Assembly: GCF_030684315.1 (NCBI RefSeq)
Contig: NC_081367.1
Location: forward strand, 42,195,973-42,259,852
DNA length: 63,880 nt
From: Stegostoma tigrinum
Taxonomy: Eukaryota
Reading direction: 5' to 3'
Part shown: one piece after another, positions 50,975 to 63,880 of the stretch
Layout of the letters: each line of letters opens with the position of its first letter
Position numbering within the stretch: the first letter of the stretch is position 1
Notes under the pieces: generated by a model
The model's input: only the letters and a program-made list of their open reading frames with translations
Database searches by the model: none
What the model was told of the DNA's origin: nothing
Program-made: the position numbers and the translations under genes

Positions 50975-53335
50975 AAATCTCCTCCACTGTTTGTAATGTG
51001 TATTTTCCATTGGTCTGTTGCAGCAATATGCGATCACGTTAAAGACAGCACAGAGTATCTGCATCACCTAAGTGCAATGACTAATGCTGCAAGCATGCTG
51101 ACACAGTCGCCAAATCCACGAACCATCTTTGGTCGCTTCTAAATTTGTCTGATCGACAAGGGGCAGAAAATTGCAGGGGTGGAGCAGACAATTCACACTG
51201 TCCTGCCTCCACAAGAAAAAAAAAATTGGCAGTGAGCCAGCCAACACAAACCAAGACTTCTGCAGCCAGAAAGTTTTGTAGGTGGGCTAACTTTTCTGCA
51301 GCGTGAGACTTCACCCTCTCAGTGACAGGATTATTTGGGCAGAAATTGATTCCAAGGATACAGAGAAAAAGCAGGAGACTGGCTGTAAGGAGCAGAATCA
51401 GTACAGGCATGATGGAACAAATGGCCTCCTTCTGCATTGTAATAATCTGTGAAGAAGGAAAGTGGCTCAATCTTCTGACAGTGCATCCAATGGGCAAAAG
51501 GCACCCTCCAAAGATATTAACCCCCTTAAAATTCTGCCCATGCCAACTGCATTATGCCACAGGCAGGGAAATTATTTATTTGGCAGCTGATTTCATTGTC
51601 CAGTCACTCTCCAAACCACGAGCATGAGCTTGAAGTTGGGTGGCAATGTGATGGGCTGGACACCTTTCATATTTTATATAGCTCTCACACCAGAAACACA
51701 CCCAGCAGGGGCATGTGGTATCCAGCCCAAAGACCACATAGTGACTTCCGAACTTACAGGCATTTTCAAACAAAGCAGATTCATATTATTTCTGAGAGCA
51801 GTAGCTTATTTAGATCACTGTGAATTAAGTGGTTTTGTTCTGTGTGTTAACATTAATTTCTCTTTTTGATATAGAAACTTCAGCAGTCCAACAAGTTCCC
51901 AAGAGGCAGGTCTGCACCATTGACACAGCCAGTACTAATTTGAGTCAACTGTATTTTTGTTACAAAACCATTCATCACTGCTGTATAAATAGGAAATAAT
52001 TTAGGAACATGCAAGAGACAAAGATTTAAGTGCGAGTTACTTTAATTAATTCAGCCTTAAAGATAACATGTACTGATACTTATTCTGTCGAGGAGGAACT
52101 GTGGAATTATAATTTTACTTCCAAAGACATTTTTATCTCTTAGTTTTCTCTAAGGACAGGCAGGATCTAATAAATTGAACAAGTTCTTAGTGGTCTTATA
52201 ACAGTGGTCATTTGAGTCAAAGCATGACATATTGTGAAAGTTTGTCTTGTGTTCAATTTAAATTGTTAAACTGAGATTTGAATGGTGACATGCCATGACA
52301 CTCATAAATTCTTCAATTATAGTGAATTATTGATGCCTCACTTCAACATATTTCAATCTCTCTTCAACTACAGTTTGAGTAGTGCAATTCTCCACAGGTT
52401 TCACTAGGTCAAGAGGGGGAGGGAGAAGTAGAATAATAACTTGTTGTGAGTAGACAACAAGAACAGCCCGGAAATGATTGCTTTGAGGTCAGTGTCAGAG
52501 GAAAATAGAGTCCTGACGTTAGATTTTCTTCTAGTCAGGTTTCTTTTAGAAGTCTATTGCTGGGTCAGGGGGCTGCTCCTTGCTGTACTTGCAGCCTCTA
52601 CTGGTAACCTTGGAAGTGGCTGATGGGAGAACAGGAGAGACCAAATCCAGCAATGCTGCAAAAAACTTGTAGTTTTGCATTTAAGACACTTGCAATTTTC
52701 TGGAAAAATAAACCAGAATACCGAAAAAGCGTGGAAATGTATTCTAAAAAGTGCTCTCGCAGCTTATCTGACTTCAAATAAAAGGTTTTATTCAGTCAAA
52801 TTAGAGAAAGACGACAGGAATAGCGGGAAGGAGGTCAGCCGAACACACGGTGCAAATGCAATGAATATATGCAGCTTTTTTACTTTACATTCACATCAAC
52901 CTATAGCACATGGTCTGCAGTAGTTGAAGAATGCAACTCACCACCACCTTCTCAAGGACAAGTACAGCATGAGCAATGCCCTCATCCCATGAATGAATAA
53001 ATAAAAAGAAAATGCCAACTCTGGGTGCAATTATTCCACTTTGTACCGCTTCACTGTTGAGCACCACCTGTATCTCACCCGGAAAAGCCAGGAGGTTCCA
53101 CAAAACTCTTCACGCATTCTTCCATTTGCTGCAAGCTTGATTTGGCTCAATCCTCAGATGAAGGAAGACAGTGAAAGCCTTACTTGATTACGTGGATTCT
53201 TATTTCCCTTGGAGCCATGTTGCGGTGGGTGCTCCTATTTGCCAGGAGTGTGACATCACCGTCTATTTCTTTGTAATCTTATCCCAGAATTTTTGATCGT
53301 TATGAAGGAAAGGTTAGAACATCACTGTGCAATGA

Positions 53336-53655
53336 TTAGATTAGATTAGATTCCCTACAGTGTGGAAACAGGCCCTTCAGCCCAACAAGTCCACACTGCC
53401 CCTTGAAGCATCCCACCCAGACCCATCCCCCTATAATCCACACACCCCTGAACACTACGGGCAATTTAGCATGGCCGATCCAGCTAGCCTGCACATTTTT
53501 GGACTGTGGGAGGAAACCGGAGCACCCAGAGGAAACCCACGCAGACACGGGGAGAATGTGCAAACTTCACACAGACAGTCGTCCGAGGCTGGAATCGAAC
53601 CCAGGTCCCTGGCGCTGTGAGGCTGCAGTGCTAACCACTGAGCTACCGGGCCGCC
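53336..53655 (-). mobile_element. tRNA-derived SINE (HE1/V-SINE-like), near full length
   Basis: A box TAGCTCAGTGG, B box GGTTCGATTCC, central TTCTCCCCGTGTCTGCGTGGGTTTCC, CR1-like 3' end and (AATCT)n tail. Confidence 0.88.
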
Positions 53656-53974
53656 CAGCATAGGATGAGTGCTGATAGGGGGAGCACAGTTTTGATGTGG
53701 CATATAAAGTTCCAGCCAGTTAATGGGCAATATGATATTTCAGCATGATGGCCTAAGGAGAATGGCCTGTAGGATATTAGCAGCTGGATGAACCTCCACC
53801 GCATCCCTGGAGGTGCTGCAGAAAGGACATTCTCATCTTCATGGTATGTATTTAAGGAAAATGTGCATAACAGTCATTTTTTATCTGTCAAAAACAATAT
53901 ATGGAATAAGCATCACAGAAACGTATGGGTGGATTAGTATCACTGAATGTTCTGAACATATAGAAAGGTATTCC

Positions 53975-56560
53975 ATAAGATAGATAGGGGCAGAATTAGA
54001 CCATTCAGCCCATCGAGTCTGCTTCATCATTCAATCATGGCTGATATGTTTCTAAACTCCATTGTCTCGCTTTCTTCCTGTAACCTTTCATCCCCTTACT
54101 AATCAAGAATCTATCTATTTCTGTTGTAAATATACTCAATAACTTAACCTTCACAGCCTTCTGCAGCAATGAGTACCATAGATTCACCACCCACTGACTG
54201 AAGAAATATGTCCTCAACTCAGTTCCAAAGGATCATTCCTTTACTCTGAGCTGTGCCTTTAGCTCCCAGTCTCTCCTACTAGCGGAAACATCTTCTTCAC
54301 ATCCACTCTCTCCAGGTCTCTCAGTATTCTATTAGTTTCAATCAGAATCCCCTCATCCTAAACTCCATCGAATACAGAACCAGAGTCCTTAACTACTTAT
54401 CATACGATGAGCCCTTCATTCCTGGAATCATTCTTGTAAACTTTCTGGACCCCCTTCAAAACCAACATATCCTTCCTTCGATACAGGGAACTGCTCACAA
54501 TATTCCAAATGCGGTCTGACCAGAGCCTTGTACAGACTCAGCAGTAAATCTCTGCTCTTGTATCCTAGTCCTCTTAAAATGAATGCAAACATTGCACTTG
54601 CCTTTCTAACTGTCAACCAAACCTGCATGTTAACCTTAAAAGAATCCTACACTAGGAATCCCAAGTCCATTTGTTCTTCAGAAACCTGAAGCCTTTCGCA
54701 TTTAGAAAATAGTTTAGGCCTGTTGGTCTCTATTCTTCCTCTCAAAGTGCATAAACTCACAATTCCCCCTATTGTATTCCATCTGCCACATTTTGCCCAC
54801 TCTCCTAGATGGCTCAAGTCCCTCTCCAGGCTCACCATTTCCTCAACACTACCTGTCCTTCTACCAATCATTGTGTTGCAAACCTAGCAATGATGTCCTT
54901 AGTTCCTTCATCCAGATCATCAGTGTATAATATGAATACTTATGGTCCTAACACGGACCCCTGTAGAACTCCACTAATCACCAGATGACATCTTGAAAAA
55001 AGACCCCTTTATCCCAACTCTCTGTCTTCTGTCAGCCAACTAATCCTCTAAACATCCCAGTACCTTGCCCCTAACACCATGGGCTCTTATTTAATAGCTT
55101 CCAGTGTTGACCCTTGTCAAAGGCCTTCTGGAAATTCAAATAGATCACATCCACTGGTTGTTCTTTATCTAACTTGCTCATTGCTCCCCAAGGAATTGTA
55201 ACAGATTTGCCAGGTGTGACCTCTCCTTGATGAATAGGGCTGACTCAGCCCCATTTTACCTTGCACTTCCAAGTATTCCATAATCTCATCCTTAATAACT
55301 CTCTAAAATCTTACCAATAACCAAGGTCAGGCTAACTGGTTTATATTTTCCTGACTTCTGCCTCCCTCCCTTCTTAAACAAGGATGTTACATTAGCCATT
55401 TTCCAGTCCTCTGGCCCCCTGTCTGACTATCGTGATCCTGAAAGATCTACAGTATCCCCAGCTATCTCTTTCAGAACTCTGGGGTATAGTCCATCTGGTC
55501 CAGGTGATTTATTCACCTTCAGACCTTTCAGTCCCTCAGCCTCTTCTCCTTCTCTTGAAGTTGTGGTATGTTGACTAATACAAAGTACGTCTTCAGTTCA
55601 AAAACAAAGTTGCTGGAAAAGCTCAGTAGGTCTGGCAGCATCTGTGAAGGAGAAAACACAGTTAGCGTTTCGGGTCTTGTGACCCTTCCCCAGAACTAAT
55701 GATGGCTGGGAAAATGTCAGTTTATATGCAGAAAATAGGGAGGTGGGTGGGGTAAGGAGTAAACGATAGAATAGAGCCTAAAGAGAGCCCAATTGTCTTT
55801 CTCTCTCTTTGGGCTCTATCTTATCATTTACTACCTACCCCACTCACCTCCTCATTTTCTGCATATAAACTGACATTTTCCCAGACACCACCAGTTCTGA
55901 GGAAGGGTCACCAGACCTGAAACATTAACTCTGTTTTCTCCTTCACAGATGCTGCCAGACCTACTGAGCTTTTCCAGCAACTTTGTTTTTGTTCCTCATA
56001 TACAGCGTCTGCAGTTCTTTTGTATTTTTTTACCTATTCAGTTCCTCTGCCATTTCTTTGTTCCCCGTTACTACTTCACCAGCCTCATTTTCAATGGCTC
56101 AATGTCCACTCTTGCCTCTCTCTCTTACCTTTTAGATGTCTAAAAAAAGCTCTTACAATCTTCTTTTACATTACTAGCTAGCTTACCCTCATATTTTATC
56201 TTCTCCTCTCTTACTGCTTTTTTAATTATCCTCTGCTGGATTTTAAAGACTTCCCAATCCATTGGCTTCCCACTAATCTTTATGACATTGTATGCTTTTT
56301 CCTTCTTTTTAACGCTGTCCCTGACTTGTCTTGTCAGCCATGCTTGCCTTCTTCTCCCCTTATGCGTTTCTTCTTCATTAGGATGAATTTCTGCTGTGTC
56401 TCTCAAATTATCCCTGCTGTTTTACCAGCTAGGCTCTTTTTCCAATTAACATTGGCTAGCTCCTCCCTCATATCTTTGTAGTTTCCTTTACTCAATTGTA
56501 ATACTGTTACATCTGACTCTAACTTCTCCCTCTCAAACTGCGGGGTGAATCTATTATATC
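53975..56560 (-). mobile_element. Degraded CR1 LINE (~2.1 kb) interrupted by a family B PLE insertion
   Basis: LYKALVRPHLEYCEQF, FFSQWVVNLW, YEGKLASNVKEDCKSFF. Confidence 0.9.
55600..56030 (+). mobile_element. Long palindromic PLE terminal-repeat insertion, family B
   Basis: ~190 bp inverted arms (55600-55787 vs ~55803-55990), each with a decayed hammerhead (plus-strand CTGAGGA 55897..GAAA 55919), and a one-sided tail. TSD TACGTCTTCAGTTC/TACCTATTCAGTTC (55586-55599, 56031-56044). Confidence 0.88.
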
Positions 56561-58129
56561 CATACCAACAGGTAAAAGTACAGGTGCCCCTGGTTGTGAG
56601 AATGGGGTTGGAGGTATTCTGATAGGATAAGTTTGGTCAAGGCAAGAGGTTATCTATAGGTTTATCTTCTTGTGCTTTCCTAGATTAATACAATGCCCTG
56701 ACACTCACCTGCTCTCCTTAAGGACAAAAAACAGATGTTCAAAACTGATTGAACCTTCCTGTTGGTCACACAAGGATTGGGTTGGAGTTTATGGCCATTC
56801 TGGTAAATCTGTCCTGGAATTTAACGTGTGCAAGGTCCAGTGCAGATCCCCCATATTGAAAGGGATTAATTTAACAATCAAAATATTTTTTACTGTGGAA
56901 AGGTACTGACAAATTAAGATTGAGGGTGCAAAAATGGATGAAAGTGAGTCTATTCCTCCATGGACAAGGAGATGTTATCACCCTTAGCTGAGAATCCCAG
57001 GATGCAAACTCATAGCTGAGGAACAATGATGTTGGAGTCAGTAGCCTAGACCAAGTTAAATCTTTGCAGCCCCAGAACACAACTGCAGGCATCCTCTGGA
57101 AAGCATTCCTTGCACAGACCTTTTCAGCAGCTTTATTATTGCATTCCTTCCAGGAGGTGGGCTGTTTGCTGCAGCTTTCTTCACAATCATGGCCTGGTGT
57201 TATTAACATACAGACTTAGGGTAATACGTGGCAGGTAACATGTGTGCCACCTGGGATGCTAGGGGATTGATATTATATAGAACAATGACCTCCGAGTATT
57301 AATTCCACACGCAGGCATTGTATAATTTTTGCTGCATAAAGTTGAGACAATGGGTAAATGGGAGGAGTCTACAACCCCCAGTTCTACAGACTGCAGGGAG
57401 TTTCTCACAGCAAGCAAAAGTACCTTGAAGACTGTGACAGCTGAGATTGATGCAATGTCAAATTGTCTGGCCAGGACAAGAAAGATCTTCTAAGGATTCA
57501 ATAGCAGCTAACAGCCCTACAATAGGACAAATTCATGAGGCTTATTGGTGTTATTCATTTGTAATAACACTAGCTGGTAGCAATTCAGAGTTTGTGTTAC
57601 TGTGAATTGCAAGGATTGTGCGCAGATGTTGCAACTTCATTAGAGAGTGGCAATAAGTTAATTCCTTAATGTCACCTTTGGCCCAGAAATAGATCTCAGC
57701 AGGTTTGGGAGGAATTCAAAGAAATTTATGAAATGAAGCCCAGCTATTAAATCAGTAAAGACCGTTGTTTGCAAATGTGGCATCACTTCAGAGTTCAGTC
57801 CTGCATTTTCCACTGCACCTCTGAACCCCCTGCATGACCATAAAAGTCAAATCTACAGTGTAGCATCAGTAAAGGTGAGAAAATGTAAAAGCAAAATATT
57901 GCAGATGGTGGAAATCAGAAATAAAAACAAAACCTCACAGCTCTGTTAGAATGTGGACAGAAACAGAGTTAATGTTTCATGTTGATGGCCTTTCACAAAA
58001 AGGCAAATCTGACGGTACCACAAGCAATGTTGAACCGATTAGAAAATTTAAAATCATGGGCTACTAATTCTAAGAAGATTACAGCAAGGGAAGGAACTTG
58101 ATTGTTATTCATTAATGAATCATTTAATG

Positions 58130-58830
58130 CCTCTTCTAGTCAAGCTTTTTGATGCAGCAATAAGCTTGGCACTGCTCTCACAATGTGGAAGATTGCATGC
58201 AAATATCCTACCCATAGATGTGTTGAGGCTTAGATAGCTAATTATTGCCTTATCTGCCTTCTCTGAATCATCACTGGACAAATAAGAGCCTTAATAATGC
58301 CATCAAACATTGCATACTCATCAATAAGCTGAATAAACAACACCTCAATGTCAAAGGATATGTATGTAGCTGCTGTCCATATCAAGGCAACATTTACCTA
58401 AGCATGACATCAAGCAGAACTATCAAAGTGGTGGAAGGAAGGTGTCAAACTTTCCAATGGCTGGAGTCATGCCCAAGAAATAAGTGATTTAGGTTGACAA
58501 AAGTCAATTGACATAGCCTTAGAATATTAGTCTTCTGAGATGTGTTCTTCATTTAACCATCCTTAGTTGCTTCATCTTTGACATCCTTCCATCATAAGAT
58601 CAAGAATAATAATGATGCCTTTATGTTCAGTTCCATTCACAACACTCATTACCGAGCCTTTCCCATTATCATACAGGCTTAGGTTGATAAATGGCAGATG
58701 ACAAGTGCCAGAGAGTGACCTTGTAAAAAGAAAGCTCAGCCAAATCTCCCTTTCTGTCATAGGCACCAGCATCACCCTCTGGAAGTCACCAATGACCAGA
58801 AGCTTAACTGACCCAGTTAAAATTGCTCAG
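58130..58830 (+). mobile_element. Degraded LINE of the 26130-27470 family
   Basis: Collinear remnants (ATATCAAGGCAACATTT = DIKATF-like; AATGGCTGGAGTCAT). Confidence 0.5.
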
Positions 58831-60164
58831 GTTATTTACCTGGTCTAGAGCCATGGGAGTTGACAATTTGAAATTTTAACATGATCCTCTTTTTAAAAAG
58901 TTAGTAGTGGCTTAAGCTCCAATTAAAGAGAAACCAATAGAATTACAATTGTGTTAGCCCAGATTTTCCAAGGGTCAGACATTGATTTTATTACAGTGTA
59001 GGTGGGAATTAACCTTGGGAAGTCTGTAGAATTCCTATTGTAGTGGGCTGTAAAGGAATTGTCTGCAAAATTGAAAATTCCAGAGGGGAATTCCTCATTG
59101 CTTGGAAAACACCAAAAGTTTCCATATAAATCAAAAAACTTGGAGGATACTGATGAAGTTAGGTAAATAATGAGTCAGGAAATGTAGGCCTATTAAATAC
59201 AGCTGATGGCTAACTTCCCTGAGTAAGCAGTTCCCATTATCACTGTATTTATCTCACCTGCTGACCTGACAGCCCCAGGACCTAATCACCCCCTGCCCTG
59301 CTCTAGACATGATTTCAGTATAAGCTAACACCATTCACCCAGCCAGTACCTGCTTCCCCCACCAGCTGCTCTGGACCTGATCCTCATGCCTTCCATTAAG
59401 TAGCTACTCCTCCTTCCCCTTGCCACCGGAACCTGTCCTGAATGCCCAAACCAATACTCACCCTCCTGCACCCTTGCTAGACCTGATTTCTCTTAGCCAC
59501 CCTGCCTTAATGTAAACATTGCATCATTTATCTGGTCCCTTGCCACCTTGTACCCTATGAATTTAGCACCCTCTCATTTACTGAGCTACAACCTACTTAC
59601 CTGGCACCCTACCCAGATGGCATCCTTCCTACCTGACATCCTACTCAGCCAAAACACTATGTACAAAATCCACAAAATATTGTGTGTTAACTCACAGGCA
59701 TTGATTTTCCATTCTTGATGTCTATTTACGAATTTGAGGTGGTATTTAATGGAGGTAATTAGGAGGTCCGGAGAGTTGGCAAGAGGCAAATGCCATCTCA
59801 TTGACCTCGCTGACACTGGCCTAACAGAGATAGAGACAGGGAGGAGGAATGACCCTCAATCACTTTTCAACCCATTTAAATGCCCTCCTGCCATTGAACC
59901 CAAAAGGAAGGATGGTAATAAATTCCACCCTTCATTTTCTTCTCAGGTGTAATACTGGAAAACCCCTCAATCAAATTTTTAATGTAGGCACACATCATTT
60001 TTAAAATCTGTCTTTCTTGACAATCAACAATGGGTTCGTGGTCAACATTAGACTCTTAATTCCTACAATTGATTGAACTCAGACTTTACCACTTTCCCAC
60101 CAGATTACCACATGGTGGGATTTGAACCCAAGTCCACACAACATTATCTAGGTCTCTGGATTAG

Positions 60165-60630
60165 CAAAAGGGAAGGAATGGGAGTTGGTTCACAATTTGA
60201 AAGTCTTGAACTCAATATTGAGTTTGGATGGTTGTAAACTTAATATTGAGGTCAACATCTTAAAATTGTGAAGCAACTCCCATTTCTTCCCTTTCTTTTA
60301 GCTTTATCTTTTATATTCTCTCTCCCTTCCCCCAATCTCAGTGGAACTGTCCGTTCTTTCAAGCCTGGCAGGTAGACACACCATTGATTTACCATTCTCA
60401 CATTCCAATCACTTAATATGAACTATCAGCGTCTTTTGTCTTCCAGTACTCCAGCCCTTCATCCCCTGGTCCCCACCACCACACCACCCCACAACTATTG
60501 CATAAGTGCTGCTCCCTCCACATTTCATGCAGTTCTAATGAAGGGTCATTCAGACTCGAAACATTAACTTTCCCTATCTCCATGAATGCTGCCTGCATTG
60601 TTGTGATCTCCAGTATTTGCTGTTTACAGT
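60165..60630 (+). mobile_element. PLE 3' end with 5' inversion and decayed hammerhead (family C)
   Basis: Minus ~60200-60240 encodes SLQPSKLNIEFKTFK (GIY-YIG end), mirrored on plus from 60243. CTAATGAAGGGTCATTCAGACTCGAAACATTAAC lies at ~60535-60569. Confidence 0.65.
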
Positions 60631-63600
60631 ACAGATTCTAGTGTCCACAGTAATTTGCACTACCTTCAATTCTTTCCTTTGTAGTATGACAAATGTTGGC
60701 ACCCAGTAAAGAATCTGATTATTTAAACAGTATACTACATCATTTCCATCCCAGCTAATTTTCAAGGATTTTATTTTTTTCTTGGCTTTTATATATAAGT
60801 CACATTCTCCATGCTGAGACATAGTCTAACTTGCAGCAGACAAGGCAAATCATATTTCAATACAGGGAGTACGTTTGATTTGAATGCACTTTGGGCTATG
60901 TGGCCTGATCACGGAATGTGTTGGCGTTAATAAGTCAATTGCACAACACCATGGAACACATGTTCATTCCTGTTGTTGCCTCAATTACAAGTCCTTGACT
61001 TCAAGTGGATGTTGACAGGAGGAAAGAATTCTCAAAGGATGTCCCTATCTATTCAAAAGGAAGGAATAATTGACAAACTTAGTAATTTTGCAAGACATCC
61101 GTATACATTCTATCATCCAACTCAAGCGTGCCACCGGGAGAAAGTTCCAAAAACCCATTTCCCCTTCTCAGTGAGGAATGGTACGTAGTCCCATGGTCTG
61201 AGATTCCCTTCAGACCCTTCCAGCTCTACACCTTGAAGGTCTTTCTTAAAATCCACTTTTTTTGCCAAAATGAATTTTTTAGCCTTGCTGATACATGATA
61301 CCCATTTCATTCTTGAGTTCAGCATTGATTTTTTTGATTGCACTGCTGCAGAGGACCTTAAGTCTTTTCCCAAAATATAAGAATGTCTTAATAATGCAGC
61401 TTTAAAGCAGTAAAACATCTGGAGGCATTTCATACCAGCATTATCTGACAAAATTTACATTGAAGGAGCGATTAGATCAGATGGCCGTTAGTTTGGCATT
61501 AGGCAGAATTTAAGGAGATTTTTAAACTAAAGAGGTGGAGAGATTTTGGGAGAGAATTCAAGAGCTTACGGCTTAAGCATTTGAAGGTTCTTACAATGGT
61601 AAAGAAATTAAAATTGGTGCTGTGTAAGAGGTCAGAATTGGCATTGTGCAACAATCTAGGAGGTTTACAAGGCTGGAAGAAATCACAGCCTTGATGATAT
61701 TTGAAAACGTGAGTGAGTTTAGTGATGGTGAGATGTGTGGCAGAATAAGAAGAAGAATCTAGTGAGGCCCATCACAACACTAGGATCTTTTCCTACCCAT
61801 TACGCTTTTCACAAGCAGCTTGGTGAGTTTCTCACTAGGCAGCTGAGTTGTAAGTTAGGGGGAATTATTCCTTCTTAAATGCCTAGATGGTGCTCAATTC
61901 ATCCCATTAATATTCAGCTTCCTCCAATCTCCATGTTGTGTTCGATGAAACTGCAGCTGAGATCATGGGCATCAGCTGTATGCACCCCTCATCGACAGAC
62001 ACTGCATCTGGTTCTGTCATCATAACACCTCTCTGATACATTGACAGAGTGGTCTGGAAGCACAGACACCAGCAACTATTATTGAAAGGGTCCACACTGA
62101 CGTGAACTCAGCTCATACACTGGACATTGTTTCTTCTCAGGGCTGCTTACTTGCTCATGGTCAGTCCAATGGCTAAACAATGTCAATCTTGGGGGTAGGA
62201 CTAACCCAGTTGGGGAAATGTACAGCACCAGGCAAGGTTCTGCACAGTTCTCAAGTGGGAGATGCCCATTTTGGGCATTCAAGGGATTGAGCCATGGTCA
62301 GTCCATCAGCTCCAATCAGCAGAAAATAAAGGGAAGAAAATGATGAGACTCGGCCGTAATGGAGGAGGTGGTGGCCTGCGATGACAGCATATGACCACAT
62401 GTGGCATGGTCACCTGATATGACAAGGGCAGGAGGAGGGCAGGTACAGACTAATATAGACTGGTTGGCTTGGTGGGTCCTTGGGTGGTCAGAAGCCTATG
62501 GAGTTTACAGAAAGGGCTACCAGGAATAGGATCTGATTTTTTTGAAATTCATTTATTGGATGTGGGATGTGGGTGTTGCTAGATGACTAACATTTATTAT
62601 CCTTCCCTAGTTGCCCTTAAGACGGTTATGGTGAGATTCCTTTTGGGAGGAAGGGTGGAATTTGGAGGCTTCTGGCCAAGGGATGCTTACTATCTCCATC
62701 CAGTCTGTTGAAAATTGGAAGTGCACAGTGGAAGAGAAAATGGCAGCACCCAGGTTTGGAGTGGGTTGTTTAAGCAATTTGAACTGTGAGAGATGGGACT
62801 GCAGCAGTCATGGATGTTAAAGCTTTTAAAGAGAAAGATCATTCCATGTACCGTGTAGGACACAGACCTGTAAGGTCCCTATTTCCTGGCCATCCTGAGG
62901 CTTTGCTCTCCACTGTGCATTGTAACTCCCTGCCATAGACATTGCTAAACACTCATTGTTAACAAGTGCAGAAACTGATGTCAGACAAGGAGTGTGACAA
63001 GCAGGAGGTGTAAGAAAACCGTTATGATGTAGTTGAGCTGCTGTTAATGGTGTGCAAATCTGTTTTCAGGTGATGTCACTGAGGAGCAGCATGAGATGAT
63101 AAATACATTAAAGAGGTTATGTAAATGACTGAGTGGAAGTGTCCTCATGCATTTTCTCCATCAGATACTATGAAACATACGTTAGAACTTTCCTTCCAGT
63201 CATATTTCCCAAATGCACTTGTTTTTATCCCTTTAATATGAGTAGTATATTGAAGTTCTCATTTGCATTTGGCTTTGGGATTGTTCATAAATTAGCTTCT
63301 GTCTGTAGCTTTCTTTCTCCCATATTGACTGATGTATCTTGGAGATCTTTGTGCATTTCTTCCATGGCAAGCTGGCAGACTTCTGCAAGCAAATTGGTCA
63401 TTGGCCTTCTAAAATGCAATGTGTTCCAAGTTATCTAATTATAATGTAGAATTTTGAACATTCTGATATTAACTGATGATGCATGGTGTATTAATTCTGT
63501 AAAATTATGGCATTGTAACCAAACATGACCAGTAAATGGTGAAGATGCTTACATTTTACATCATTCAAAGGACAGTAAATTAAACTCTAAACTGTATCAA

Positions 63601-63880
63601 TGATTGATGTGATACCACCGATTGTCAGGGATACAGTTACAAAACATTATACACAGTACTTTGGCTTCAGACCTATTTAGAAAAGATTCAATTTTACATG
63701 TGGGCTAATAGCCAAAATACTCTTTATAAACTTGTCCATTTTTGAAGCGCAGTGTTGAATTTCGAGTTAAAGACTGCAATATTCACAATAGAATGGTATT
63801 TTATCATTAATTTTCAAGTGTTCTATATTTGGGTTGCATTTTTTTTAAAATGTGGAATTGAACCATTAGACCTTGTTTTG

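Noticed and set aside
53590-53655. tRNA gene
   Set aside because: The A/B boxes are the head of a SINE that continues into a SINE body and tail; a second copy lies at 46172-46470.

Overview
Vertebrate genomic DNA, most likely a cartilaginous fish (shark), inferred from its repeat families. It holds two divergently oriented genes. One is coding exon 1 of LSG1 (minus strand, 4275-4373), which the ORF track missed. The other is the single-exon FAM43A CDS (18234-19301, plus), with three uORFs and a long repeat-poor 3' region. Bases 1-4222 are a G-rich (G7-12AGTGTGT)n array inside LSG1 intron 1; its giant ORFs are artefacts. The rest is mostly retroelement debris: CR1, L2-like and Vingi-like LINEs, tRNA-derived SINEs and solo LTRs. 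The most striking pattern is a dense set of Penelope-like element (PLE) ends from about six sequence families, each with its own minimal hammerhead-ribozyme-like core. Many occur as short inverted-repeat insertions with a one-sided tail and 12-16 bp target-site duplications (TSDs). There is one assembly gap (37679-37832). Repeat boundaries were read by eye and are approximate.
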